A stretch of DNA of 64,000 nt, from NCBI GenBank assembly GCA_963666425.2, contig OY762825.2, positions 1,184,001 to 1,248,000 on the forward strand. The letters are read 5' to 3'. The translations under genes and the position numbers were made by a program. The notes under the pieces were generated by a model, which worked only from the letters and a program-made list of their open reading frames with translations, did not search any database and was not told the origin of the DNA. Shown piece by piece: positions 38,404-47,622 of this stretch (positions are counted from its first letter, which is position 1; each line of letters begins with the position of its first letter). Source of the stretch: Bacillota bacterium (GTDB lineage Bacteria > Bacillota > JAAYKD01).

Positions 38404-40202
38404 AAACAGCACAGCCCGGGAGCATTCAAAAAGATTTTCAGGTCGCCTTTCATTTTTACCAGTTGGCTTTCCGCTTAAAAAAGAGCTACTTATTCCTGGT
38501 GTCCGCCGCCGCCTTTTTTCAGGCACTTACTCCATTTCTGAATGTCATCGTGCCAAAATTGATCATTGATGAATTAATGGCGAGCCAGCGCCTGCCGGTT
38601 TTGCTTCATTTGATCGCACTGGTCACCCTTGGAAATGGCTTGCTCAATCTGCTCAATCGTTGGTTTGCCTATCAAATTCAAGTCGCTGACCGCGATTTGG
38701 TGCAGCGTATCGAATTGAATATGGGCAAACATATCATGCAGATGGATTTTGAAAAAATGGAAGACCCTGTGATTCTCAATCAAAAAGATCAGGCGATCTT
38801 CCCCATTCGTAATCAAGGTGTTTTCTATAACATGACCGCTGCTTCACTGAAGTTAGTTCAATATTTAATCTCTTGCCTGGGTATGATCGCGATCCTCGCC
38901 ACCTTAAATCCCTTGCTCATTCTATTCATTCTGGCCATGGTTGCCTGTAATAGCTTTATTTTTAAAAAGCAGCAAGCAATTTCTTACCAGCTCAATCAGG
39001 ATATGGTGCCGCTCAATCGTAAATATAGCTACTATATCGACCTTACCTCGGATTTTACCTTGGCCAAAGACATCCGGCTTTTTGATATGTCTCCTTTTCT
39101 TATGAAAAAAATGGATGCTTTTAAAAAAGCCAATATTGACATTCTGTTGAAAATGTTTTCCACCCAAGGTCTCTACGATAGCTATTCCCAAATCATTCTG
39201 CAGTTGCAGATGATTGCCATCTATGGTTTTATGGTTTGGCGTGTTTTCGTCAAAGCCATTGGCATCGGTGATTTTACCATGTATGTCGCCGCGGCAACTT
39301 CCTTCGCCACCAATGTTTCACTGATGCTGACCAGCTGGCTGGAATTCCGGCAAAGCTGCAAATATCTGAATTTGTACTTAAATTTCGCCCAAATCCCTTC
39401 CCGTTCAGCCGAGCACGGCAGCAAGCCGAATCTCTCTGGGCAGCAGGCCGACTTTGAATTCAAGCATGTCTGGTTCAAATACCCCAGAGCCACGGAATAC
39501 ACGCTGAAGGACGTCAGCATCCGCATTGCCGCGGGAGAAAAACTGTCTGTTGTTGGTCCCAATGGAGCGGGCAAAACGACGTTCATCAAATTGCTCTGCC
39601 GCTTATATGAACCGGAAAAGGGTGAGATTTTACTCAATGGTATCCCGATCAAAGAATTCGATGAAGAGGAATATCATAAAATACTGGCAGTGGTTTTCCA
39701 GGATTATAAACTCTTCTCTTTCTCCATCCGGGACAATATTTGCCTGGACCAGCCTTGCGATGAGAGCAATTTACAAGCAGCGCTCGACAAAGCGGGCATC
39801 GCAGCAAAAGTCGCCAGCTTGGACAAAGGCTTGGACACGCCGCTTTATAAAAATTTCGAACCGGACGGTATTGAGCTCTCCGGCGGTGAAATGCAGAAGT
39901 TGGTCATCGCCAGAGCGGTCTATAAAGACAGTCCGGTGGTGATACTGGATGAGCCAACCGCAGCACTTGATCCATATGCTGAATTTGAAGTCTACAGCAA
40001 ATTCAATGATTTGGTGCAGAATAAAACGGCAATTTACATTTCTCATCGCCTTTCCAGCTGCCGCTTCTGTGATCATATCGCAGTATTTAACGACGGCCGC
40101 CTGGTGGAGTATGGCAGCCATGCTGAGCTGGAGCATGGCAATGGTCTCTATGCTCAAATGTGGCAGGCACAAGCCCAGTATTATCAAGCCTGCGGCAGCT
40201 AA
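38400..40202 (+). CDS. ABC exporter, fused TMD-NBD, subunit 2
   Basis: GPNGAGKTT, LSGGE, LDEPTAALD; ATGA overlap with subunit 1. Confidence 0.92.
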   Translation: MKTAQPGSIQKDFQVAFHFYQLAFRLKKSYLFLVSAAAFFQALTPFLNVIVPKLIIDELMASQRLPVLLHLIALVTLGNGLLNLLNRWFAYQIQVADRDLVQRIELNMGKHIMQMDFEKMEDPVILNQKDQAIFPIRNQGVFYNMTAASLKLVQYLISCLGMIAILATLNPLLILFILAMVACNSFIFKKQQAISYQLNQDMVPLNRKYSYYIDLTSDFTLAKDIRLFDMSPFLMKKMDAFKKANIDILLKMFSTQGLYDSYSQIILQLQMIAIYGFMVWRVFVKAIGIGDFTMYVAAATSFATNVSLMLTSWLEFRQSCKYLNLYLNFAQIPSRSAEHGSKPNLSGQQADFEFKHVWFKYPRATEYTLKDVSIRIAAGEKLSVVGPNGAGKTTFIKLLCRLYEPEKGEILLNGIPIKEFDEEEYHKILAVVFQDYKLFSFSIRDNICLDQPCDESNLQAALDKAGIAAKVASLDKGLDTPLYKNFEPDGIELSGGEMQKLVIARAVYKDSPVVILDEPTAALDPYAEFEVYSKFNDLVQNKTAIYISHRLSSCRFCDHIAVFNDGRLVEYGSHAELEHGNGLYAQMWQAQAQYYQACGS

Positions 40203-40290
40203 TTCCACTGCTGTTTTGAATCGGCCGAGTCCTTTGGCTGTCTTGCTCACGAGTCACGCCGGAGAAAGAATGTTTCTGTCAATAAATAAA

Positions 40291-40325
40291 GGTGCCGCAG
40301 CAATTTTTCGTTTTGCTGCGGTACC
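40291..40325. repeat. Dispersed palindromic repeat copy 3; bidirectional terminator
   Basis: ggtgccgcagcaatttttcgttttgctgcggtacc with A/T tracts. Confidence 0.7.
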
Positions 40326-40344
40326 TTTTTTATGGCTGATTCAC

Positions 40345-41229
40345 TCAGGAATTTTTATACTCTTCCAGTTCTGCGACACGCAGATTCTGGAACCCTTCGC
40401 CCAAAACCTCGTTGGACTCCAGAATGATGGTAAAGGCTTTCGGATCGATCTGCTTGACTACCTTTTCCACAATGAACATTTCCTTGTTGTTGCAGGCGCA
40501 CATCACAACCTGCTTTTCCGTCCTTTGATAACCGCCTTTGGCTTGCAGCAAGGTAGAGCCGCGACCGCTGTATTCATCGATCATATCACAGATTTGCTCC
40601 CCTTTCTCGGTCACGATCAATGCCATTTTACCGGCATTCACTCCATACATGAATTTATCCACGACCTGAGAATAGAGATAAGTGATCATCATACCATAAA
40701 TAATGCCGTCGATATCACGGAAGATCAAACCGGCAATTAAGACGATTACAGTATCAGAAATAAAAATAATCCTGCCCAGCGGAATATGCGGATTGGCTGA
40801 CTTAACAGCCATTGAGATAAAATCCGTACCACCGGTAGAAGAATTGCGCATATAAATTAAAGCGTAGCCCACTCCCGCCAAGACGCCGGTGCAAATGGCC
40901 GCCAAGAGGCGATCTCCGGAATAAACCGGCAGCAAAGGGGCAACATAATCGATGATCAGGGAGGAAGTCAGCGTACAGCGCAGAGAGCGGAAGAAAAACC
41001 CCTTACCGAGACGATGATAGCAGAGCAGCGCCACCGGAATATTCATTAAAATCACCGTCGCACCAATGTTAAAACCAAAGAGGCGACGCAGGATTAAGGC
41101 AATACCGGAAATGCCGGTCATCGGGAACTCCGCATGCAGCGCAAAATTATACAAACCGATCGCAATCAGAAATCCCCCGGCCAACTCCACCACGGTATCC
41201 AGCGCGATCTTTTTCAGTTTCTTTTTCAT
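40345..41229 (-). CDS. YitT-family membrane protein
   Basis: GISGIA, SSTGGTD, RGST...GGY, IDPKAF, EVLGEGF; TTGACA-N17-TATACT upstream. Confidence 0.9.
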   Translation of the reverse strand: MKKKLKKIALDTVVELAGGFLIAIGLYNFALHAEFPMTGISGIALILRRLFGFNIGATVILMNIPVALLCYHRLGKGFFFRSLRCTLTSSLIIDYVAPLLPVYSGDRLLAAICTGVLAGVGYALIYMRNSSTGGTDFISMAVKSANPHIPLGRIIFISDTVIVLIAGLIFRDIDGIIYGMMITYLYSQVVDKFMYGVNAGKMALIVTEKGEQICDMIDEYSGRGSTLLQAKGGYQRTEKQVVMCACNNKEMFIVEKVVKQIDPKAFTIILESNEVLGEGFQNLRVAELEEYKNS

Positions 41230-41521
41230 GATGATCCTCCTCCCTTACGCGAAAAAAAGCATTTCGCAAATTACACCTATAATCCGCAAAACGCTCTTTT
41301 GTTACTTTCTAGTATAACAGAGATGTTAATATCTGTCAACCCAAAATGCCGCTTGCACTGTTGTGCGGTTCTGCCTTTTCTCTGTTTTGCTGTGCTTTAA
41401 ACCAGAAAAAACCTCCTGCCGCAGCCGATCTGTTTTTGATGGCTGCCGGCAAGAGGTTTCTGCTTCTCATCGTTTGCTCTTTTCTTTGCGGATTGCACCG
41501 CGCAAGGACAGTCACTGCCGT

Positions 41522-42721
41522 TTAGTTATCGGCAAATTGTTGGGCTATCCGTTCAAAGGCTTCCATAACGACACTGCGTGCTGCCGGCAGACAAACCCGT
41601 TCAAAACCGGCGCCAAACTCCGGATCGTGTACCAGACCGCTTTGCAGCATGACATTGGCTTTGCCGTAGATCCTGTCTTCTATTTCCGCATGGCTGAGAC
41701 CATAGCCGCTGAAATCAAGCCACAAGCAATAGGTCCCCTCCGGGCGCCATAGCTTCACTTTGGGCATTCTCTCTTGTAAGAATGCTTGCACCGCATCGAT
41801 ATTGCCATCGATATATGCATTGACTTGATCCAGCCATTCCTCCCCCTCGGTATAGGCTGCGATTAAAGCTGCCACCGCAAAGGGGGTGGGCATACGCATA
41901 CCCATGGCTTTTTTATAGGCTGCCCGCAGGGTATCATCGGCAATGACCGCATTGGAACAGGATAAACCAGCCAGATTAAAGGTTTTATTCACGGCATTGA
42001 GCACAACGATATTGCTTAAATCATCCACCACGGCAGCCAGAGGGTAGTGTCGGACCCCTTTGCGCAGGATATCGCAGTGTACCTCATCGGAGATGAGAAT
42101 CACTTGGTGTTTTTTGCAGATTGCCGCCAGCGTGCGCAATTCCTCCGGCTGCCAAACGCGGCCGACCGGGTTGTGCGGTGAGCAAAGCACAAAACACTTA
42201 TTCTTGGGATCGGCGCATTTTGCTTCAATATCCGCAAAATCCATACTGTAATAGCCGTTCTGATTGATCAGTTGGCTGCTGACCACCTTACGCTGACAGT
42301 CCTCTTCAATGGCACTGGTAAAATGGCCGTAAACCGGACGACAAAGAATAATACCGTCGCCTTCCTTGCTGAACGCTTTGATGGCGCCGTTGAGTGCTTC
42401 CACTGTGCCGTTGGCGTAGAGGATATGGTCCGGATTGATCTCCCAATTGTGTCTGGTTTTAAACCAATGCACAACCGCTGCGCGATAGGCAGGAGCAGCC
42501 AAATCGGAAGTATAGCCATAAATACGGAAATCAGCCACCCGATGCATCGCATCCACAATCGGCTGGGCGGTCGGTAAATCCATATCCGCTACCTGTAGAG
42601 GAATGGTATTTTCATCGAAGGTAAATTTCCCCTTCATCATCGCGGACATCATTGGCATCATGTCCCACTTCATCGAATAAGTCCCGCGCCGTTCAATCAC
42701 TTCATCAAAATTATACTTCAT
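41522..42721 (-). CDS. MalY/PatB-family PLP-dependent C-S lyase
   Basis: YNFDEVIERRGT, VADMD, CSPHNPVGRVW, SDEVHCD, KTFNLAG, EGTYCLWLD. Confidence 0.9.
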   Translation of the reverse strand: MKYNFDEVIERRGTYSMKWDMMPMMSAMMKGKFTFDENTIPLQVADMDLPTAQPIVDAMHRVADFRIYGYTSDLAAPAYRAAVVHWFKTRHNWEINPDHILYANGTVEALNGAIKAFSKEGDGIILCRPVYGHFTSAIEEDCQRKVVSSQLINQNGYYSMDFADIEAKCADPKNKCFVLCSPHNPVGRVWQPEELRTLAAICKKHQVILISDEVHCDILRKGVRHYPLAAVVDDLSNIVVLNAVNKTFNLAGLSCSNAVIADDTLRAAYKKAMGMRMPTPFAVAALIAAYTEGEEWLDQVNAYIDGNIDAVQAFLQERMPKVKLWRPEGTYCLWLDFSGYGLSHAEIEDRIYGKANVMLQSGLVHDPEFGAGFERVCLPAARSVVMEAFERIAQQFADN

Positions 42722-42793
42722 GCTGCGATCCCCTTTACCCATTGATTTGCTTCCTGACCTTTATTATACGCGCACAATTAGACAGGAGTCAAG

Positions 42794-44149
42794 TCAATGT
42801 TTTTCCTGCCAAAGACGATCAGCTGCCGGCTGCCAATTGGCTGCCGCCTTTTTACATTTTGCACAGAGATCATCCACATCTTCTTTTTCTGCCGTATCGG
42901 TGGAAACCGCATTCGTCGCATGCACCATTTCTGCTAAAGCGCCGCAATTGTCAAGCAATGGACAAGGCTGCAGCATATTCTTGTTGAAGGGCTGATGGGC
43001 TCTATATTGCATAAACAGCGGCGATTGATAAGCCTGCAGCAGCGTTTTCTCGTGAATATTGGCATCGCTGTAATGAATAAAAGCACACGGTTCGATATCA
43101 CCGTTGGCGCTGATATGCAAATAAGCGCGGCCTGCTGCAATACAGCCATCCACATATTCGCCGTCATTCCAAAAATCAATGGTAAAAATCGGTTTGCTGT
43201 TGCGGAATTCCCGCAATTGATGATACATAAACGCGCGCTGTTCAGCACTGGCCATCAATTCTACCGGTGAACCGACACCAACCGGCATAAAGGTAAAGAA
43301 CCACGCGAATTTAGCACCTTGTTCGATCAAAAAATTAAAATACGCTTCACTGCCGATGATGTTTGTATTTTGGCTGGTATAACAGCAGGACACGCCAAAA
43401 GGAAGTTTCTTTGCCTTTAAAAGCTGCATTGCCTGCAATACCTTTAGAAAAGTCCCTGCTCCACGGCGTGCGTCCGTCTCGGCTTCAAAGCCTTCGATGC
43501 TGATGGCAGGTATAAAATTTTTGACGCGCAGCATTTCATCTGCAAAAGCCTCATCGATCAAAGTCGCATTTGTGAAAGCCAAAAATTGACAATCCGGATG
43601 CGCTTCGCAAAGACGTATAATATCCAGCTTGCGTACCAATGGTTCCCCGCCGGAATAGATATACATATAGGTCCCCAGAGCCGTTCCCTGCCGGATGATA
43701 TCATCCAGCGTCGCATAATCCATCTGCAGCTTATCGCCATATTCCGCTGCCCAACAACCGATACACTGCAGATTACAGGCAGAAGTGGGGTCCATTAAAA
43801 TTGCCCAGGGAATATTACATTGATATTTCTCCCTGTTTTTTTGCTGCCGCTGACCTCCGATGGCTGTGGCATTGATAATGAAATTTTCGAATATTCTCTT
43901 TCTGACTTCATTGTCAATATCACTCCATAAACTCTTCATCAACCGGTACCAATTACCGTCTGGATGCTCCAACACACTGCGCATCGCTTTCCGTTGACCA
44001 AGCATTGTATCATTATGGTCAAAAAGATCAACCCAATGCATTAACTTAGGAAATGCCTGATCCGGATCTTCATTCAGATAATTGAGTGCTGTCTTCAGTG
44101 CGATTCCTTCTATATTTTCTTTCATTGTTTTTTCAGTCATACTACTCAC
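42794..44149 (-). CDS. Radical SAM protein with a SPASM/twitch-like C-terminal Cys region
   Basis: CNLQCIGC, GGEP, GCIAAGR..HISANGDIEPC, PCP. Confidence 0.9.
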   Translation of the reverse strand: MSSMTEKTMKENIEGIALKTALNYLNEDPDQAFPKLMHWVDLFDHNDTMLGQRKAMRSVLEHPDGNWYRLMKSLWSDIDNEVRKRIFENFIINATAIGGQRQQKNREKYQCNIPWAILMDPTSACNLQCIGCWAAEYGDKLQMDYATLDDIIRQGTALGTYMYIYSGGEPLVRKLDIIRLCEAHPDCQFLAFTNATLIDEAFADEMLRVKNFIPAISIEGFEAETDARRGAGTFLKVLQAMQLLKAKKLPFGVSCCYTSQNTNIIGSEAYFNFLIEQGAKFAWFFTFMPVGVGSPVELMASAEQRAFMYHQLREFRNSKPIFTIDFWNDGEYVDGCIAAGRAYLHISANGDIEPCAFIHYSDANIHEKTLLQAYQSPLFMQYRAHQPFNKNMLQPCPLLDNCGALAEMVHATNAVSTDTAEKEDVDDLCAKCKKAAANWQPAADRLWQEKH

Positions 44150-44194
44150 TCTCTTTCTTTTCTGTTTTTAGGCTAATCAATCGTTAACGTCTGC

Positions 44195-45064
44195 TCAGAT
44201 CACCTCCCAAAAAAATAAAGCAACGCAGCCAGGACCAACATGACTGCCAATAACCGGACCAATCTCTCCAATCACAACCTTGGCGTCAGGATAAACAGAC
44301 TCAATCGTTCTTTTTAGGTAATCTGCTTTTTCCGGAGCCGCTGCATGACAAATCAACACTGTCTGAGGCTGATCGGCAGTTGATAATACCTGCATCATTT
44401 GAAACAGAACTTTCAAAGCTGGCTTACTGCCGCGAACCTTTCGATCGAGAACAAGCTTCCCCTGCAAATCGACTTTCAGCACCGGCTTGATATCCAGCAG
44501 ATTCCCTGTTAAAGCGTTGGAGACAGAAAGCCTGCCGCTTCGCTGTAAATAAATCAGGTCATCTACCACAAACCAATGCTTCATATACCTTTTATTATGT
44601 TCCAACCATTGCGCCGTTTCGTGCAATGACCAGCCTGCCTCTTTCTTTTCAGCCGCCTGAAGTGCAAGCATAGCCTCACCGCCAGAAGCTGCTTTTGTAT
44701 CCAGCACATAGATATTGCATCCTGGATACTGTATTGTCAGGTGTTCTGCCGCCCGAACAGCTGCAAGATAGGTACCACTCATTCCAGAAGAAAATGTCAG
44801 AAGAAGAACATCTTCTCCGGCACGCAAATAGGGAGTTAACGCAGTGATGTACTGATATTCGTTGATTTGTGCCGTCATTGCTTTCTTCCCTGCCAGCATA
44901 CCGACGTAGAATTCCGCAGATGACTGAACATTCTCCTTTGCACCCCATGTATAAGGAACCTCGCCGAGCATGTATTGCATAGGAAGAACAGTAATATTCC
45001 ATTTTTCCTGCCATTGAATTGGCAAATCGGCCGTGGCATCGATAATAATACGATATTTTCTCAC
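44195..45064 (-). CDS. DegV/FakB-family fatty-acid-binding protein
   Basis: DATADL, TAQ, SSGMSGTY, YLQRSGR, IKPVL, IGSHVGPG. Confidence 0.92.
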   Translation of the reverse strand: MRKYRIIIDATADLPIQWQEKWNITVLPMQYMLGEVPYTWGAKENVQSSAEFYVGMLAGKKAMTAQINEYQYITALTPYLRAGEDVLLLTFSSGMSGTYLAAVRAAEHLTIQYPGCNIYVLDTKAASGGEAMLALQAAEKKEAGWSLHETAQWLEHNKRYMKHWFVVDDLIYLQRSGRLSVSNALTGNLLDIKPVLKVDLQGKLVLDRKVRGSKPALKVLFQMMQVLSTADQPQTVLICHAAAPEKADYLKRTIESVYPDAKVVIGEIGPVIGSHVGPGCVALFFWEVI

Positions 45065-45210
45065 TACCCATCACCTTTCCATTCTTTCATTCAACCGATC
45101 CAACGGTGATTTCCGCTCTCCGGTTTTTCAGAATAAAACAAATTTTCTTGAGCTTTCATACAAGACTTATTTTGACCTTAGCATAGATTCAGAGACAATC
45201 ATTATTTTGA

Positions 45211-45226
45211 TTAAGCGTCCAGTTAA
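45211..45226. promoter_or_regulatory. Putative TetR operator 1
   Basis: TTAAGCG-TC-CAGTTAA, a variant of the dyad at 46179. Confidence 0.6.
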
Positions 45227-45310
45227 TAAATCGTACTGTTTGTGTTTTCTGCTTTCTTAGAAAGAACAGTTACCCTAGGATTCAATCAGCGTTACGACAA
45301 AGAAAATTGG

Positions 45311-45326
45311 TTAAACGTCCGGTTAA
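45311..45326. promoter_or_regulatory. Putative TetR operator 2
   Basis: TTAAACG-TC-CGGTTAA, exactly 100 bp from operator 1. Confidence 0.65.
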
Positions 45327-45381
45327 CTAAATGGCAAAATTTTTTTTGATTGCACCGATATTTCTGGAATAAGATGATTCT

Positions 45382-46122
45382 TTATACCAATTTGGCTGTG
45401 AAGGATAACAGAATATCCGATCCGACCACAAACGACGGCAGAAGCGTCTTTACTGAACGAATGAAATGATCGCGGATACCGTTTTCCGGGATGCCGAAAA
45501 TATCATTGAAATCATCCGCATAAACTGCGTAGCTGATCAGCGGCTGTAAGAAGAAAAAGAAATTGAAAACAGTAATTTCTACGGGAAAAGCGAAATCCGC
45601 ATCAGCAGCTTTGATTTCTTGAAACAGCGGATTGCTTTCATTCCCCTTGATTAGTTCAGTAAAGCGAAACAAATCATTGTGATGTTTACCGGTTTTCAAC
45701 GATTCTAAAAAAAGGATTTTCACTAACTGCTTGCGCTCAAGGATAAAATCAATTGCGCTCTCATAAAAATGATGCGTATGCTGCAGAAAGTATTTTGCTG
45801 CCTCTTCGTTGACAAAATGAAAACGATCCGGCAAGATATCGAGCATACCATCGGCAATCATGCTGAGAATATGATCCTGAATGAAATTCATCGACAAGGA
45901 TTTCGATTCTTCAAATAACTGCTCCAACATCGTATCCAGGATCGCTTCTTTGTTTGCAAAGTAGTAATAAATCAAAGCTTTATTGACGCTGGCTTTCTTA
46001 GAGATTTCACTGATGCTGGTAGCATCAAAACCTTTTTCTGCAAAAAGCGTTTGCGTCGCTTGAAGAATACGATCTTTTGCTTCATTGAATGTAAGATGAT
46101 TCGCTTCGTTGTTATTATTCAT
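45382..46122 (-). CDS. TetR/AcrR-family transcriptional regulator
   Basis: LFAEKGFDATSISEISKKASVNKALIYYYFANKE HTH. Confidence 0.92.
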   Translation of the reverse strand: MNNNNEANHLTFNEAKDRILQATQTLFAEKGFDATSISEISKKASVNKALIYYYFANKEAILDTMLEQLFEESKSLSMNFIQDHILSMIADGMLDILPDRFHFVNEEAAKYFLQHTHHFYESAIDFILERKQLVKILFLESLKTGKHHNDLFRFTELIKGNESNPLFQEIKAADADFAFPVEITVFNFFFFLQPLISYAVYADDFNDIFGIPENGIRDHFIRSVKTLLPSFVVGSDILLSFTAKLV

Positions 46123-46178
46123 GCCATTTCTCCTCTTGCTTCACGTTCTTCTGAAAACCCAAGGGAGCGATCATTTAG

Positions 46179-46226
46179 TTAACCGTTCGGTTAAAACATT
46201 ATAGCAAGCAAGCCGAATCTTGTCAA
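46179..46226 (-). promoter_or_regulatory. Consensus sigma-A promoter of the tetR gene with an operator over the start site
   Basis: TTGACA(46226-46221)-N17-TATAAT(46203-46198); dyad TTAACCG-TT-CGGTTAA at 46179-46194. Confidence 0.85.
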
Positions 46227-46274
46227 GAAGATTCGGCTTTTTTTTACTGCGGTGTGTTTTTCGGCAACAACGCT

Positions 46275-47081
46275 TTACTCCGTCTTGCGCCCAATATACA
46301 TCAGATGCTCCGCCATACCCAGGAATTCTTCGCGTTCGCAGAGTTGATGCGCCAGTTCCAACCATTTGCGAATGACTGCCTCCGGCAAATCTTTTAATGT
46401 GAGTTCATTGGCGGCAAGAATGCCCTCCTGTGCAAAGAAATGCAATTGCTGCAGTGGAAACTGCGCCATAAAAGGTGCAATTTCGGCAATGGTGTAAAAA
46501 TAAGCCTCCGTAAAGGCATTGCCTGTATAAGGCAGATTTTGTCTGACACAATCAAGATAATACTCTTCTTCCGGTTTGAGGATTAACTCCGGTGTAAATT
46601 TCAGGAAATCAACAATTCCGGAATACAGCTGGATAAATGATACATAGAGCTTACCGCCTGGCTTCAGACAGCGCAGCGCTGCCTCGACAGCTTGGATGCG
46701 ATCCTCTTTCTGCGGCAAGTGATAGAGCGGTCCCATCAACAAGACATGATCGAAACTGCCCTGCAGCAAGCGGTCGGCGTATCTGGCATCTCCGGCTAAG
46801 GTAGTGAGATTCAAGCTTTGAGCTGCTGCTAATTGCTGTGCAAACTTCACATTTTCCGCCGAAAGATCAACCAGCGTTACCTGACAGCCTTTTTTAGCAT
46901 AATAAAGCGCATAACGGCCGGGACCTCCGCCGATATCAAGTACACTCTCACCCGGTTTGATGTATTGATCCAACATTCGAATGGTCAGCGCAAATTCGAA
47001 TGGATGCCTCTCCAGACGGTTCCACTCCGCTTCAACATGTTCATCATAATATTGTTGGACTTTTTTCACGATGTCACTCAT
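46275..47081 (-). CDS. Class I SAM-dependent methyltransferase
   Basis: VLDIGGGPGRY, FDHVLLMGPLYHL, LKPGG. Confidence 0.9.
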   Translation of the reverse strand: MSDIVKKVQQYYDEHVEAEWNRLERHPFEFALTIRMLDQYIKPGESVLDIGGGPGRYALYYAKKGCQVTLVDLSAENVKFAQQLAAAQSLNLTTLAGDARYADRLLQGSFDHVLLMGPLYHLPQKEDRIQAVEAALRCLKPGGKLYVSFIQLYSGIVDFLKFTPELILKPEEEYYLDCVRQNLPYTGNAFTEAYFYTIAEIAPFMAQFPLQQLHFFAQEGILAANELTLKDLPEAVIRKWLELAHQLCEREEFLGMAEHLMYIGRKTE

Positions 47082-47134
47082 TCGCCTATCCCCTTTCGCT
47101 TGACTTTCTGTTTTTGATCTTTCTCGTTCATACC

Positions 47135-47575
47135 TTACAAGATAACTTTGTAACGGCACATCTTGGTTCCGTTCCGACGCAGGTCATGTCCCTCAGGTAA
47201 TTCAAAAATCTCCTGCAATTGGGCACCGAGCCGCAGACAGGTTTTCCGCGAGACGGTATTTTCCGGCCGGCAGGTGATGATCAGGCTTTCCATCTGATGT
47301 TGACGCGCCAACTGCAGCAACAGCAAACAGGCTTTTCCGGCATAATGATGTCCCCGCCAGGCCGGATAGATGGTAAAACTCAAGTTTCCATCGATTGCGG
47401 TCTTGCAATTTGTACCAATCCGCAGATCGCAGCGTCCCAGTTCCACATCATCACTGCAGCGCCGTATCTTAAAATAGTAAGTCGGCAGGTTCCCTGTTAA
47501 TTCCTCTGCCTCGACGGCAGCCTGCAGCTGCAAATAGATTTCCTCATCTTTCAAATTGATCGTGCCATCTAGCAT
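47135..47575 (-). CDS. GNAT-family acetyltransferase
   Basis: RGHHYA acetyl-CoA loop, ITCRPENTVSRKTC..LGA. Confidence 0.85.
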   Translation of the reverse strand: MLDGTINLKDEEIYLQLQAAVEAEELTGNLPTYYFKIRRCSDDVELGRCDLRIGTNCKTAIDGNLSFTIYPAWRGHHYAGKACLLLLQLARQHQMESLIITCRPENTVSRKTCLRLGAQLQEIFELPEGHDLRRNGTKMCRYKVIL

Positions 47576-47622
47576 CTTTTCACCTCGCCTTGCACCCGAG
47601 TGTATCCGGTCATTCAGCAGAT

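Noticed and set aside
39949-40740. 263-aa plus-strand ORF spanning the ABC gene end and yitT
   Set aside because: Out-of-frame and antisense overlap of real genes, and it crosses a terminator
34279-44149. Linking the PqqD protein to the radical SAM gene as a PqqD/PqqE-type RiPP pair
   Set aside because: They are 8 kb apart in separate transcription units, and the radical SAM gene sits in the TetR-DegV module
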